Source: an uncultured Aquimarina sp. (GTDB lineage Bacteria > Bacteroidota > Bacteroidia > Flavobacteriales > Flavobacteriaceae). Taken from it: DNA of 64,000 nt. Below the pieces are notes generated by a model. It saw only the letters and a program-made list of their open reading frames with translations. It made no database searches and had not been told where the DNA came from. Each line of letters starts with the position of its first letter. Within the stretch, counting starts at the first letter, position 1. Where the stretch lies: contig CANMWA010000009.1 of assembly GCA_947501475.1 (NCBI GenBank), forward strand, positions 76,308 through 140,307, written 5' to 3'. The position numbers and the translations under genes are program-made. This document shows positions 1 through 9,555 of the stretch, one piece after another.

Positions 1-1
1 T

Positions 2-865
2 AAACTACTAGAGCATGATGATTTTCTTAAAAAGAACAAATTCACCATGCTGGGAGAAGTAGCCACGGTTGGTTATAGAAATCGATATTATGAGACTTTA
101 GGTAAAACCAAAGCCCATAACAAAATGCTATCTGCCTTATGGAGAGAAAGTCCTTTTTCTAAGATTGATAAGGGGCAAAAATTAATGACGATGGCTGCAT
201 TTTTACATATAGATAAAGATGATAATTCGCTTGTAGTAGAATTAATAAAAGCCTCATCGTTATCTGTTGAGGGATGGTTAGAACATTACTTACAGGCTTA
301 TTTAGCTCCGCTTTTGCATTGCTTATTTCAATATGAATTAGTGTTTATGCCTCATGGCGAAAATTTGATCATGGTTTTAGAAAATAATATTCCGGTAAAA
401 GTACTTATGAAAGATATTACCGAAGAGGTTGCCATTTTTGATAAAACAATAGAATTACCAGAAAAAGCAAAACGATTATATATCGAAGTTGATAATGAAA
501 TCAAAGCACTAGCTATTTTTACTGATGTCTTTGATTGTTTCTTTAGATTTCTATCCGATATTTTGGTAGTACAAGGCGGGTATTGTGAAACTATATTTTG
601 GAAACAAGTGGCAAACTGTATTCTAAAGTATCAAGAAGAACATCCTCAGCTTTCAGATAAATTCCAGCAAATTGATCTTTTTGCACCAGAATTCAAAAGA
701 TGTTGCCTTAATCGATTGCAATTGATGAATACACAGCACATGCTTAATCTTGTAGATCCAGTAGAAAGTTTGCAATTTAAAGGAACTCTAAAAAACCCTA
801 TTGCTCAATATAAAACAAATAAAAAACACACAAAATCAAATCAATCTTATGCAGCAGCACAATAG
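2..865 (+). CDS. IucA/IucC-family (NIS) siderophore synthetase, C-terminal part; 5' truncated by window edge
   Basis: Frame is open from base 2 (KLLEHDDF...). Motifs LSALWRES, PLLHCLFQYELVFMPHGENLI, MKDITEE and CCLNRLQL are typical of IucA/IucC plus the C-terminal FhuF-like domain. Confidence 0.9.
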   Translation, partial: KLLEHDDFLKKNKFTMLGEVATVGYRNRYYETLGKTKAHNKMLSALWRESPFSKIDKGQKLMTMAAFLHIDKDDNSLVVELIKASSLSVEGWLEHYLQAYLAPLLHCLFQYELVFMPHGENLIMVLENNIPVKVLMKDITEEVAIFDKTIELPEKAKRLYIEVDNEIKALAIFTDVFDCFFRFLSDILVVQGGYCETIFWKQVANCILKYQEEHPQLSDKFQQIDLFAPEFKRCCLNRLQLMNTQHMLNLVDPVESLQFKGTLKNPIAQYKTNKKHTKSNQSYAAAQ

Positions 866-1955
866 AATACTAGCAATAGACCTTGCAAGGGGTGTAAGTG
901 TACTTATGGTTATTTTGGTACATACGCTTTGGATTTATGGTGATACCCAAACTCAATCCCAAACCTGGTTGGGATCTATAATCCACTTTATAGGAAAAGG
1001 AACCCCGATGTTTTTGATCGCTATGGGCGTATCTTTTACATTATCTCGTAATCAAAATATAAAATTGTCTATTAAAAGAGCTTTCTATATTCTTATCATG
1101 GGGTATGTAATGAATTTTCTAAAGTTTGTACTTCCTGCTCTGGTAGGAACGGTCCCTGATAGTTTTATAGAAGCCTATGGCTGGACAACTCCTGCAACCT
1201 TTGATAATATGATCTACATGTTGGGGACTGGCGATATTTTACAATTGGCAGGGGTTTCATTATTATTTATGGGGCTTATTAACAAACTCTCTAAGAATAA
1301 ATATGTGCCATTGATTATTGCTTTATGTATTGCAGTTTTAACGAAAGAGGTTCATGGTTTTAGATTTGGTATTACTGGTATAGACTACGTTATGGACCTT
1401 TTGTGGGGAGCAGAGTGGAATGTATATTTTGCCGTATTTCCATGGTTTTCTTTTATCCTTATCGGGATGTTCTTTGGGATGTGGTATAAAGAGAGAAATA
1501 AAAGCGATAACTACCTCTTTAGTAGAATGCTCATTGCTGGTGTAGTTTTAATGAGTATTGGTGGTGGATTATGTTATTATAATTTTAAATATCACTTTGG
1601 AGATTATTTTCATTTAGGTCCTGGCGGAACGATGTATTTGGCAGGATTCAATTTGGTTTTAATGTGGTTAGCACATGTCTTAGTCAACCGGATAAAAGAA
1701 AATAGAATCTTTAATTTCTTTTACTATTGTAGTAAAAGAGTTACCACAATCTATGTAATCCAATGGGTAATTATCTGTTGGGGGATGGGTTTTCTAGGAT
1801 ATCAACAGTTTGGAGTTATTGGTGTTGTATTACTAATCCCATTCTATATTCTTTTGACTTTAGGGATTCAAAAGTTTGTATTAGACAAAATAAAAACCTC
1901 AAAGAACCCTAAAAAACAAACAATTACTATTACTAAAAAACAAGTAACGGTATAA
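849..1955 (+). CDS. DUF1624 / heparan-alpha-glucosaminide N-acetyltransferase-like polytopic membrane acyltransferase
   Basis: RILAIDLARGVSVLMVILVH, F.IAMGVS, GDILQLAG and FAVFPW motifs; about 10 hydrophobic segments. ATG at 849 overlaps the synthetase stop and is preferred over the TTG at 801. Confidence 0.75.
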   Translation: MQQHNRILAIDLARGVSVLMVILVHTLWIYGDTQTQSQTWLGSIIHFIGKGTPMFLIAMGVSFTLSRNQNIKLSIKRAFYILIMGYVMNFLKFVLPALVGTVPDSFIEAYGWTTPATFDNMIYMLGTGDILQLAGVSLLFMGLINKLSKNKYVPLIIALCIAVLTKEVHGFRFGITGIDYVMDLLWGAEWNVYFAVFPWFSFILIGMFFGMWYKERNKSDNYLFSRMLIAGVVLMSIGGGLCYYNFKYHFGDYFHLGPGGTMYLAGFNLVLMWLAHVLVNRIKENRIFNFFYYCSKRVTTIYVIQWVIICWGMGFLGYQQFGVIGVVLLIPFYILLTLGIQKFVLDKIKTSKNPKKQTITITKKQVTV

Positions 1956-1967
1956 AAATAGTATGCT

Positions 1968-2795
1968 ATGCGAGAGTTTGATTGTGTTTCAGTAGAATAT
2001 TTTAAAGAAGAGCAACTTTTGTTCTGGAGAATTAAAGACACCGGAATGCCTAATTTTTGTCTAAAAGGCCTTCAAGAATTTAAGGAGTTCTCTTATTGGG
2101 TAAAAAATTACTTTTCACATCCTGACAGGCCTTTGAAATTTATCGTTTCAGGATCAGAACATCATGGTATATATAATATGGGAGGGGATTTGCCTTTTTT
2201 TTTGGATTGTATTACCTCTAATAATATAGAAAGATTAAGAGTATATGCTCATCTTTGTATTGATGCTATTCACAACATATATACCTCTTTTGAGTTACCT
2301 GTAATTACCATTGCGTTAGTAGAAGGGAATGCATACGGCGGTGGTTTTGAATGTGCTTTGGCCCATGATTTTATACTCGCAGATGAAACTGTTCAATTTG
2401 GACTGCCAGAAAATAAATTCAATTTATTTCCTGGGATGGGAGGATATAGTTTGTTATATCGTAAACTACATGCAGTAGATGTCGACGCTATTATTCGAAG
2501 TGGAAAAGTTTACAAAGCCAGATATCTTGAATCTTTAGGACTAATCGAACAGCTTATTACTAAAGGTTTAGGAAGAAAATCGTTACATAGTTTTATAAAA
2601 AAAATAGATGAACGGTTTAATTTTGAATATCATCATATCCAATGTAAAAAAGTTATCAATCCATTATTTAAGAAAGAATTACTAGAAATAACTGATATTT
2701 GGGTAGACGCATGTATGAAAATTAAGCCGTTTGATTTACGTAAAATGGAAATTTTGGCAAAAGCACAGGCTAGAAAAACTAAATCTATCTTATGA
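1968..2795 (+). CDS. rpfF: RpfF-like crotonase (DSF synthase type enoyl dehydratase/thioesterase)
   Basis: YNMGGDLPFF, ALVEGNAYGGGFECAL, GLPENKFNLFPGMGGYS and C-terminal ITDIWVD...LRKMEILAKAQARK match the RpfF subfamily pattern. Both catalytic Glu motifs (GGGFE, GLPE) are present. Confidence 0.8.
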   Translation: MREFDCVSVEYFKEEQLLFWRIKDTGMPNFCLKGLQEFKEFSYWVKNYFSHPDRPLKFIVSGSEHHGIYNMGGDLPFFLDCITSNNIERLRVYAHLCIDAIHNIYTSFELPVITIALVEGNAYGGGFECALAHDFILADETVQFGLPENKFNLFPGMGGYSLLYRKLHAVDVDAIIRSGKVYKARYLESLGLIEQLITKGLGRKSLHSFIKKIDERFNFEYHHIQCKKVINPLFKKELLEITDIWVDACMKIKPFDLRKMEILAKAQARKTKSIL

Positions 2796-3812
2796 TTTAT
2801 GGTCATAAGATGCATAGGTGTTTCTGAATTTTTTGGGAGTTACACCTTCAATTTTCTTAAATGCAGCAGTAAAATGTGTTGAGTTCTTATAACCTACCAA
2901 TTCAGAGATTTCATATATAGGTTTTTTGGTGTGATGTAGCAGCTGTTTTGCTTTTTTCATGCGTTGATCGGTTGCATATTCAAAGATAGTTTTACCAAAT
3001 ACTCTTTTAAATTCTTTCTTTAAAATAAAATCATTTAATCCAATTTGTCGCGATAATTGCTGTATAGAATATTGAACTGTAAGATCAGAAGAAATTAGAT
3101 GCTGGGTTTTGTATAATTTTTTGATCAGATTGTCAACTTGGTTTAGTATTTCTGGTTTGTTTACTTTTTTGGTATCTAATTGTAAGGCAATCAACTCCAG
3201 TATTTTTGATTCTAGAAATAAACGTTTTAACAACCCTTTTCTTTGATCTGATATGATTTCTGAAAGTATTTCTTGAGTTTTAGAACACAAGGGTTGAGTA
3301 AAGTTGTTTTTTAAGCTTTTTAATGAATATCGATCCAGAATATCATAGGCTTCATTAAGGCGATGCCTTTTGATAAATGCAATATCCATTCTGATTTTTA
3401 TTTCTTTTAAATGTTTACGTTTATAATATGCGATAGAACCACTAATTTTTGATGCATAGACTAGATAACTTTCTTGACTTTCATATACTAAATCATTGTT
3501 TAGACCATTGACTTTGATGATTTGCTCCCCTTCGATAAGAAAAGATAACTCAAGAAAATCTTTAGAAAAATACCCTTCAATAGTAAGATCTTTATTAAAA
3601 AGTATATCAAACACGCCTACTGATAACCCATCAAAACGATGAAGCTCAAAATATCCAGTTCCGTATTCCTCTAAACATTTAAATTTTTTTGAAGTGATCC
3701 CACACTGTTCTTGTGTAGTAATTAATTGCGAAATAGTATATAAAGTACATTTGTTTTTTTGGGTATTGGTTTCGGTTTTAAGTGACGTTTTTTTACGTCT
3801 TTTTTTATCCAT
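2790..3812 (-). CDS. AraC-family regulator, PchR/YbtA-like
   Basis: FLESKILEL segment and C-terminal HTH (LSRQIGLNDFILKKEFKRVFG...VGYKNSTHFTAAFKKIEGVTP); divergent from the TonB receptor. Confidence 0.9.
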   Translation of the reverse strand: MDKKRRKKTSLKTETNTQKNKCTLYTISQLITTQEQCGITSKKFKCLEEYGTGYFELHRFDGLSVGVFDILFNKDLTIEGYFSKDFLELSFLIEGEQIIKVNGLNNDLVYESQESYLVYASKISGSIAYYKRKHLKEIKIRMDIAFIKRHRLNEAYDILDRYSLKSLKNNFTQPLCSKTQEILSEIISDQRKGLLKRLFLESKILELIALQLDTKKVNKPEILNQVDNLIKKLYKTQHLISSDLTVQYSIQQLSRQIGLNDFILKKEFKRVFGKTIFEYATDQRMKKAKQLLHHTKKPIYEISELVGYKNSTHFTAAFKKIEGVTPKKFRNTYASYDHKS

Positions 3813-3842
3813 AAAGCGTCATTTTTCTCTTTCTATAGGTAG

Positions 3843-3882
3843 TAATTTTGCGATTATATTTATTTAGATCAAATATAAATAA
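3843..3882 (+). promoter_or_regulatory. Bacteroidota -7 promoter element (TAATTTTG, 3843-3850) followed by a palindromic Fur-box-like operator (3860-3882)
   Basis: TAnnTTTG match, then the inverted repeat TTATTTAGA-n5-TATAAATAA immediately upstream of the iron-uptake operon. Confidence 0.6.
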
Positions 3883-3922
3883 TATTATAACTTCTAACTA
3901 AATTGTTTCAAAAAAATTGTAA

Positions 3923-6307
3923 TTGTCAGTGGTAGTTTTAAGAAAAAAATGCAATGTCTTTTTTCTGTTTTTTGCTATACTATCATGTATAGCACAAAAT
4001 AGCATTGAAGGAGTTGTTCTAGACCAAAATTCGAATCCAATTTCTGAAGTATCTATTACTATAATAGAACTTAAAAATGTGGGTGTAATGAGCGATTTTG
4101 ATGGGAAGTTTGAAATTTCAGTCCCTCAAGGTTCTTATACTTTAGAAACTAGTTTTGTAGGTTTTAGAACCAAACGCGTTTTGATCAATGCAAAAACTCC
4201 TGAAAAAGTATTTGTCACGATCACCCTTCAAGAAAATATTGAAGAATTGACCGATGTAATCATTACAGGGAAAACACAAGCTCAAAATATTAGAGAAAAG
4301 GCTTTTGAAGTTGAAGTAGTAGAAACCAAAAATCTTAAGAATCTAAGCGTAGATATAAATTCGGTTTTAAATACAATACCTGGCGTGGTTGTTCGCGAAA
4401 GTGGTGGCTTAGGTTCGAGATTTAATTTTTCACTACATGGATTTTCAGAAAATCAGGTACGATTTTTTATCGATGGAATCCCCCAGGATAATTTGGGTAC
4501 TTCTTTGACATTTAACAACTTTCCTGCTACCCTTATTGAACGAGCAGAGGTTTATAAAGGGGTAGTGCCAATATACCTGGGAGCCGATGCATTAGGAGGT
4601 GCTATTAACATTGTTACCAACCAAAGTAAAAAAACATTTTTGGATGTTTCTTATGATTCAGGTTCTTTTAATACACACAGGGCTACACTAAATGGAAACT
4701 ATCACAATAAAAATGGATTTGTGGCTCGAGTAGTCTCATTTTTTAACTATTCTGATAATGATTATACGATCAATCAAGTAGACCCAAGAGAAAAAGGCAT
4801 TGTTATACGAGATGAAAATGGTAACCGTACAGGAGAAATACTTGATAGTGCAGAACGGTTTCATGATGCTTACCAATCACAAATGGTACAAGCAAGAATA
4901 GGGTTGGTAGATAAAACATATGCAGATGAGCTATTTATTGGAGCAACAATAGCTTCTAATGATAATGAAATACAGCACGGGATTCTCGCCGTAAACCCAT
5001 TTGGAGATGTAAGAACTAAAGAAAATGTAACGCTAGGTTCTCTGGTTTATAAAAAAAATAGGATTCTTAGAATGCCTATAAAATTGAAAATATATGGGGA
5101 GCTTGCAAAAATACAATCAAAACAAATTGATACCTTTTCTAATAATTATAATTGGTCTGGAGAAGTTTTAGAACGAAATGATCAAACACGAGGAGAGTTG
5201 GGAGGCGCCAAAACACTATTTACCTTTGATGATCAAAGGCATATCATTAATACCTCTATAGCGTATGTGCCAAATAATTCGAATACGCTTCATTTTAATT
5301 ACACAAAAAATCACTTAAAACGACAAGGCAGTGATCCTTTTAGTATTTTCAAATCTCCTTTTGAAGATCCACATCATATTGATAAAAACATTTTAGGCTT
5401 GTCTTATGAGGTAGAAACCTTTAAGGAAAGATGGGAAACTACAGTGTTTTCAAAGCTGTTTTTGACAACAGTAAAAGGAATAATCGAGGATGAATTTGAT
5501 TCAAACGCAGCAACTAGATTCACAGCGTATAAAAATACTTCTCAAGAATGGGGGTATGGTATTGCATCTTCCTTTGATATAAATAATGAGATAAAGGCAA
5601 AGATTTCTTATGAAAAAACATTCAGAATACCTGAAGGTACAGAGCTATTTGGAGATGGGTTATTACTTAGTTCTAACCCCTTTTTAGAACCTGAACAAAG
5701 TGCTAATGTTAATGTTGGTTTTTTATGGAAAAGTAAAGCCAGTAACCTTCAGTTAGATGTAGATATGAATTCTTTCTATAGAGGTACTAAAAACCTTTTC
5801 TTTTTGTCGCCTGAAGGTGTGAAAGCTCGCTATATAAATCTAGCCGAAACCAGAAATGTAGGTTTTGAAGGAGAAATATCGATTTCTCATAAGGAACGTT
5901 TTTATGTAATTGCTAATGCTACATATCAATATATCACTGATGCCGTTAGGGATATTCGTGTGCCTAATCAGCCTTATTTTTTCGGAAATTTTAGAACAGG
6001 TTACACATTTCAGAACTTATTCTCATTTCAAGGAAAACTTACGATATCGTGGAATTCTCTTTTTACAGAAGAGTTTCCTTTTCAGTCCTTTAATGATGGA
6101 AATACCAATGATCGATTACGCATTCCACAACAATTTTCGCACAATTTACAATTAGGGTATTCTTTAGATGACCGCTATCATATATCTCTTCAGGTTAGAA
6201 ATTTAACAGATGCTAGCGTGTTTGATAATATTGCTGTTCAAAAACAAGGGCGTGCCTTTTTTGTGAAACTAAGATATTTTTTCAGTCAAAATAAATCCAA
6301 AATTTAA
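3923..6307 (+). CDS. TonB-dependent receptor (CarboxypepD_reg-like N-terminus, plug, beta-barrel), probable siderophore uptake
   Basis: Signal peptide; plug motifs IPGVVVRESGGLGS, RFFIDGIP, IERAEVYKGVVPIYLGADALGGAINIVT; C-terminal QGRAFFVKLRY. Exact start is uncertain (TTG 3923 or GTG 3929). Confidence 0.92.
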   Translation: MSVVVLRKKCNVFFLFFAILSCIAQNSIEGVVLDQNSNPISEVSITIIELKNVGVMSDFDGKFEISVPQGSYTLETSFVGFRTKRVLINAKTPEKVFVTITLQENIEELTDVIITGKTQAQNIREKAFEVEVVETKNLKNLSVDINSVLNTIPGVVVRESGGLGSRFNFSLHGFSENQVRFFIDGIPQDNLGTSLTFNNFPATLIERAEVYKGVVPIYLGADALGGAINIVTNQSKKTFLDVSYDSGSFNTHRATLNGNYHNKNGFVARVVSFFNYSDNDYTINQVDPREKGIVIRDENGNRTGEILDSAERFHDAYQSQMVQARIGLVDKTYADELFIGATIASNDNEIQHGILAVNPFGDVRTKENVTLGSLVYKKNRILRMPIKLKIYGELAKIQSKQIDTFSNNYNWSGEVLERNDQTRGELGGAKTLFTFDDQRHIINTSIAYVPNNSNTLHFNYTKNHLKRQGSDPFSIFKSPFEDPHHIDKNILGLSYEVETFKERWETTVFSKLFLTTVKGIIEDEFDSNAATRFTAYKNTSQEWGYGIASSFDINNEIKAKISYEKTFRIPEGTELFGDGLLLSSNPFLEPEQSANVNVGFLWKSKASNLQLDVDMNSFYRGTKNLFFLSPEGVKARYINLAETRNVGFEGEISISHKERFYVIANATYQYITDAVRDIRVPNQPYFFGNFRTGYTFQNLFSFQGKLTISWNSLFTEEFPFQSFNDGNTNDRLRIPQQFSHNLQLGYSLDDRYHISLQVRNLTDASVFDNIAVQKQGRAFFVKLRYFFSQNKSKI

Positions 6308-6319
6308 AATTAAGTAAGT

Positions 6320-7648
6320 ATGAAAACTCAAAAATGGAATTTCTATAGTATAATAATGATTATAGCAGCGATGTCTGCTTTTTCTTGTAGTGATGATGAT
6401 AATGAAACCGGATCAAATCCAGACCCAACAGCGACTACTAAATATGCGGTTGGTTTTCAAACATTACCTGTAGCTCAAGCTGGACCGGTTGATTATATGT
6501 TACAATTAAACTCTTTAGAATCTTTAACTACAGGAGAATTAACTGTAGAGGGGCAAGGTATACCTCAAACTGGTTGGCGATTTTTTCATCAAGCAGGTAA
6601 TACAATTTTTACAGCAGGTTATGTTGAAGATAGAACATGTATCTCATATCAATTAGACGAAAATGGTGAACTTAAAAAGAAAACCGATTTTGTATATCAA
6701 ACCACATTAAATAACTACTTGACTGTAGACGATAAAACGCTGCTAGCTGTAGAGTTGGCTTTTGGCGTATCGGATCCAGATGCGACTTCGATCCCAGATC
6801 GTAGTTTTTATGAAATAAACGCAGAAACAGGTCAGGTGGATCGTATAATTAGCCATCCTGTCGATAGTAGTGTAGGTGACGGAACTGCTGCAAATCCGCC
6901 TTACTTACCTTGGATAACGGGTATGGTGGTAAGAGATGGTAAATTATTTTTGTCGTATCATAAATATTTTCCTGATGGAAATGGAAATGCTATCGCAGTT
7001 GATAAAGCCTATATAGCAGTTTTAAAATACCCAGAATTTGAATTAGAAAAATTGATCGAAGACGATAGAACAAGTTCTATTGGGACTAATGGGCCAAGTA
7101 CAGGTATTGAACAAACAGAAAATGGAGATATTTATTCATATTCTTCCTCTTCACTAACATCTGGTATATCTGGAGCTACTAAGCCCTCTGGTGTGTTAAG
7201 AATTAAAAATGGCGAAACTGATTTTGATACAACATACTTTTTTGACGTAGAAAACGCAGCTAACGGAGGTAAAATATATTGGATGGATTATATAGATAAT
7301 GGAAAAGCTCTTGCTCGAGTTGTTCTTGATGATACTTTAGGTCAATGGGTAGCCTTTAGAGAGCAAGGAGAACAATTAAAATTAGTAGTATTAGATCTTA
7401 TAAATAAAACTGTTACCGATGTACAAGGAATCCCTCCTCATGCTAATCGGTATAGCTCACCAACGTTTGTTGAAGATGGAAAAGCTTATATAAGTGCAAG
7501 AACAGGAGAACTTTTAAATGAAAGCAGCACCAATACAGCAGACGGAGAAACTTATGTATACATTGTAGATCCTGCAACCGCAACCGCAACCAAAGGAGCA
7601 AAGATTAATGGATATGCTCTCAAAGGTATTTTTAAAGTAAGTAAGTAA
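6320..7648 (+). CDS. DUF4374-type surface lipoprotein (XusB-like siderophore-binding propeller)
   Basis: Lipobox SAFSC followed by acidic SDDDNE export signal; motifs YSSSS, KPSGVLRIKNGETDFDTTYFFD, YIVDPATATATKG; lies between a TonB receptor and a PepSY gene. Confidence 0.75.
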   Translation: MKTQKWNFYSIIMIIAAMSAFSCSDDDNETGSNPDPTATTKYAVGFQTLPVAQAGPVDYMLQLNSLESLTTGELTVEGQGIPQTGWRFFHQAGNTIFTAGYVEDRTCISYQLDENGELKKKTDFVYQTTLNNYLTVDDKTLLAVELAFGVSDPDATSIPDRSFYEINAETGQVDRIISHPVDSSVGDGTAANPPYLPWITGMVVRDGKLFLSYHKYFPDGNGNAIAVDKAYIAVLKYPEFELEKLIEDDRTSSIGTNGPSTGIEQTENGDIYSYSSSSLTSGISGATKPSGVLRIKNGETDFDTTYFFDVENAANGGKIYWMDYIDNGKALARVVLDDTLGQWVAFREQGEQLKLVVLDLINKTVTDVQGIPPHANRYSSPTFVEDGKAYISARTGELLNESSTNTADGETYVYIVDPATATATKGAKINGYALKGIFKVSK

Positions 7649-7664
7649 TTCAACTTTTGAGAAT

Positions 7665-7698
7665 AAAACACTCCTAAAATGTTTTTTAGGAGTGTTTT
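7665..7698 (+). terminator. Intrinsic terminator / mRNA-stabilising hairpin between lipoprotein and PepSY genes
   Basis: Perfect 15-bp inverted repeat AAAACACTCCTAAAA / TTTTAGGAGTGTTTT with a 4-nt loop. Confidence 0.75.
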
Positions 7699-7720
7699 CT
7701 AATCACTAAAATCTTGATGC

Positions 7721-8902
7721 ATGTTTTCAGCAAAAAAGAAGAATACTCGCAAAACAATTCTGCAACTCCATAAAATATTGGGATTAGCTACTGGTATTGT
7801 ACTTTTTATTGTATCCATTACTGGCTGTTTATGGGTTTTTAAAGATGAAATCGAAAGTTTTTATGACGACTATACATATGTAACTCCTCAAGAAAAAGGT
7901 TTTATAGCACCTTCTTTAGTAAAAAATATAGCCGAAGGTATAATTCCTGATAAAATCATTCATGGTGTTGTATATGGTAAACCCAATGAAGCCATTGAGG
8001 TAGTTTTTTATCAATCAGAACCTGAAATATTTTATCAAAGTGTTTTTTTGAATCCGTATACAGGTGATTTCATTAAACGAATAAATAATGATTCGGGTTT
8101 TTTTGGTTTTGTACTAAAAGGACATTTGCGTTTATGGCTACCAGATGCAATAGGTTCTAGAGTTGTATCCTATTCAATTTTATTGTTTTTGATCATAATG
8201 GTTAGCGGAATTTTTTTGTGGTGGCCCAGGAATAATAAAAATTGGCGTCAGCGCTTAAAATTTGATTGGAACAGTAAAACACGCTGGAAACGTAAAAATT
8301 TTGACCTACATACAGTTACAGGATTTTACATTTCTTCATTTGGATTGATATTGGCATTTACAGGGTGTGTTATGGCATTTAATTGGTTCTATTTTATTGC
8401 ATATAAAGCTACTGGAGGCGATAAGGCACCACAATTTATAATGCCCAAAAATATAAGTAAAAATAGCGTTGACCCTGTTCAAAATCCATTGTATGATGAA
8501 TTGATTCCTTTTTTATATAAAAAGTATACAAATGCAAAAAGTTTTGAACTTCATTATCCCGAAAATGATTCAACGTCTGTGCTGGTCGAGGTAAGTAATT
8601 CTAAAGGATTGTATTATAACATGGATTACCTTTTTTTTGATCAGAATACGTTACAAGAAATAGAAACCACCAGTATTTATGGAAAATATAAGGATGCCAA
8701 ATTTGCTGATAAGGTAATTCGTATGAACTATGATATTCATATTGGTGCTATTGGCGGCATTGTTGGTAAAATCATAGCGTTTTTAATAAGCCTTATTTGT
8801 GCTTCATTACCAATAAGTGGTATTTTATTGTGGTATGGAAGAACGTATAAAAGAAAACCTAGAAATCTTAGTAAGATAAAACCTTCTTATGATACTCTTT
8901 AG
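7721..8902 (+). CDS. PepSY-associated TM helix domain protein (iron reductase/uptake, XusC-like)
   Basis: LHKILGLATG...SITG, LKGHLRLWL, SGIFLWWP, FDLHTVTGFY and DIHIGAIGG His motifs. Confidence 0.9.
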   Translation: MFSAKKKNTRKTILQLHKILGLATGIVLFIVSITGCLWVFKDEIESFYDDYTYVTPQEKGFIAPSLVKNIAEGIIPDKIIHGVVYGKPNEAIEVVFYQSEPEIFYQSVFLNPYTGDFIKRINNDSGFFGFVLKGHLRLWLPDAIGSRVVSYSILLFLIIMVSGIFLWWPRNNKNWRQRLKFDWNSKTRWKRKNFDLHTVTGFYISSFGLILAFTGCVMAFNWFYFIAYKATGGDKAPQFIMPKNISKNSVDPVQNPLYDELIPFLYKKYTNAKSFELHYPENDSTSVLVEVSNSKGLYYNMDYLFFDQNTLQEIETTSIYGKYKDAKFADKVIRMNYDIHIGAIGGIVGKIIAFLISLICASLPISGILLWYGRTYKRKPRNLSKIKPSYDTL

Positions 8903-9476
8903 AATAGTCTGATGGTGAAACACCATATTGTTTTTTAAAGCACTTTGCAAAATATGAATGATCAGAAAACCCAGTTTGATAACCAATTTGAGTAATCGAA
9001 TCTACGTTTTGTTGTAATAAATGTGCTGCCTTTTTTAATCGAATTGTTCGAATAAATTCTGTAGTAGATAATCCGGTTAATGCTTTAAATTTTCGATGAA
9101 GCTGTGTTCTGCTCATATGCATTTCAGACATAATTGTCGAAACATTAAGTCCAGGGCTACTTATATTACTTTTAATATAATTTGAAGCCTGCTGTAAAAA
9201 TTTTTGATCCCGAGTTTGTATTTTGACTCCTGAAAGATCAACTATAGTGTTATTTTGATATGTTTTTTTAATCTTTTCACGGATTGCAATTAGATTTTCG
9301 ATATAGGTATTGAGTTCTTCTTTATTCCAGGTCCAATAACTATTAAAAGATTTATCAATACTAATAGCAGATGTTGTGATTAGATTTTGTTTTGTGAGCA
9401 TATCATAATGTTTTACTTTGTTTTGCGTATACTCATCAATGTTTCCAATTTGCGTTGTGAGGCTTTCAAAATTCAT
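8868..9476 (-). CDS. Stand-alone AraC-family regulator resembling the C-terminal output domain of hybrid two-component systems
   Basis: DQKFLQQA...MHMSRTQLHRKFKALTGLSTTEFIRTIRLKKAAHLL...GFSDHSYFAKCFKKQYGVSPS. Confidence 0.85.
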   Translation of the reverse strand: MNFESLTTQIGNIDEYTQNKVKHYDMLTKQNLITTSAISIDKSFNSYWTWNKEELNTYIENLIAIREKIKKTYQNNTIVDLSGVKIQTRDQKFLQQASNYIKSNISSPGLNVSTIMSEMHMSRTQLHRKFKALTGLSTTEFIRTIRLKKAAHLLQQNVDSITQIGYQTGFSDHSYFAKCFKKQYGVSPSDYSKEYHKKVLSY

Positions 9477-9539
9477 AACTAACCAATTTTGTTTAGGCCC
9501 AAATATACAGGTGTCATTATCCTGAAAACAAACAGAATA

Positions 9540-9555
9540 TCTACGTATTCCGGAA
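9540..9555 (-). promoter_or_regulatory. Candidate operator TTCCGGAATACGTAGA upstream of the divergent AraC gene
   Basis: 14/16 identical to the motif at 11610-11625 on the + strand. Confidence 0.45.
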
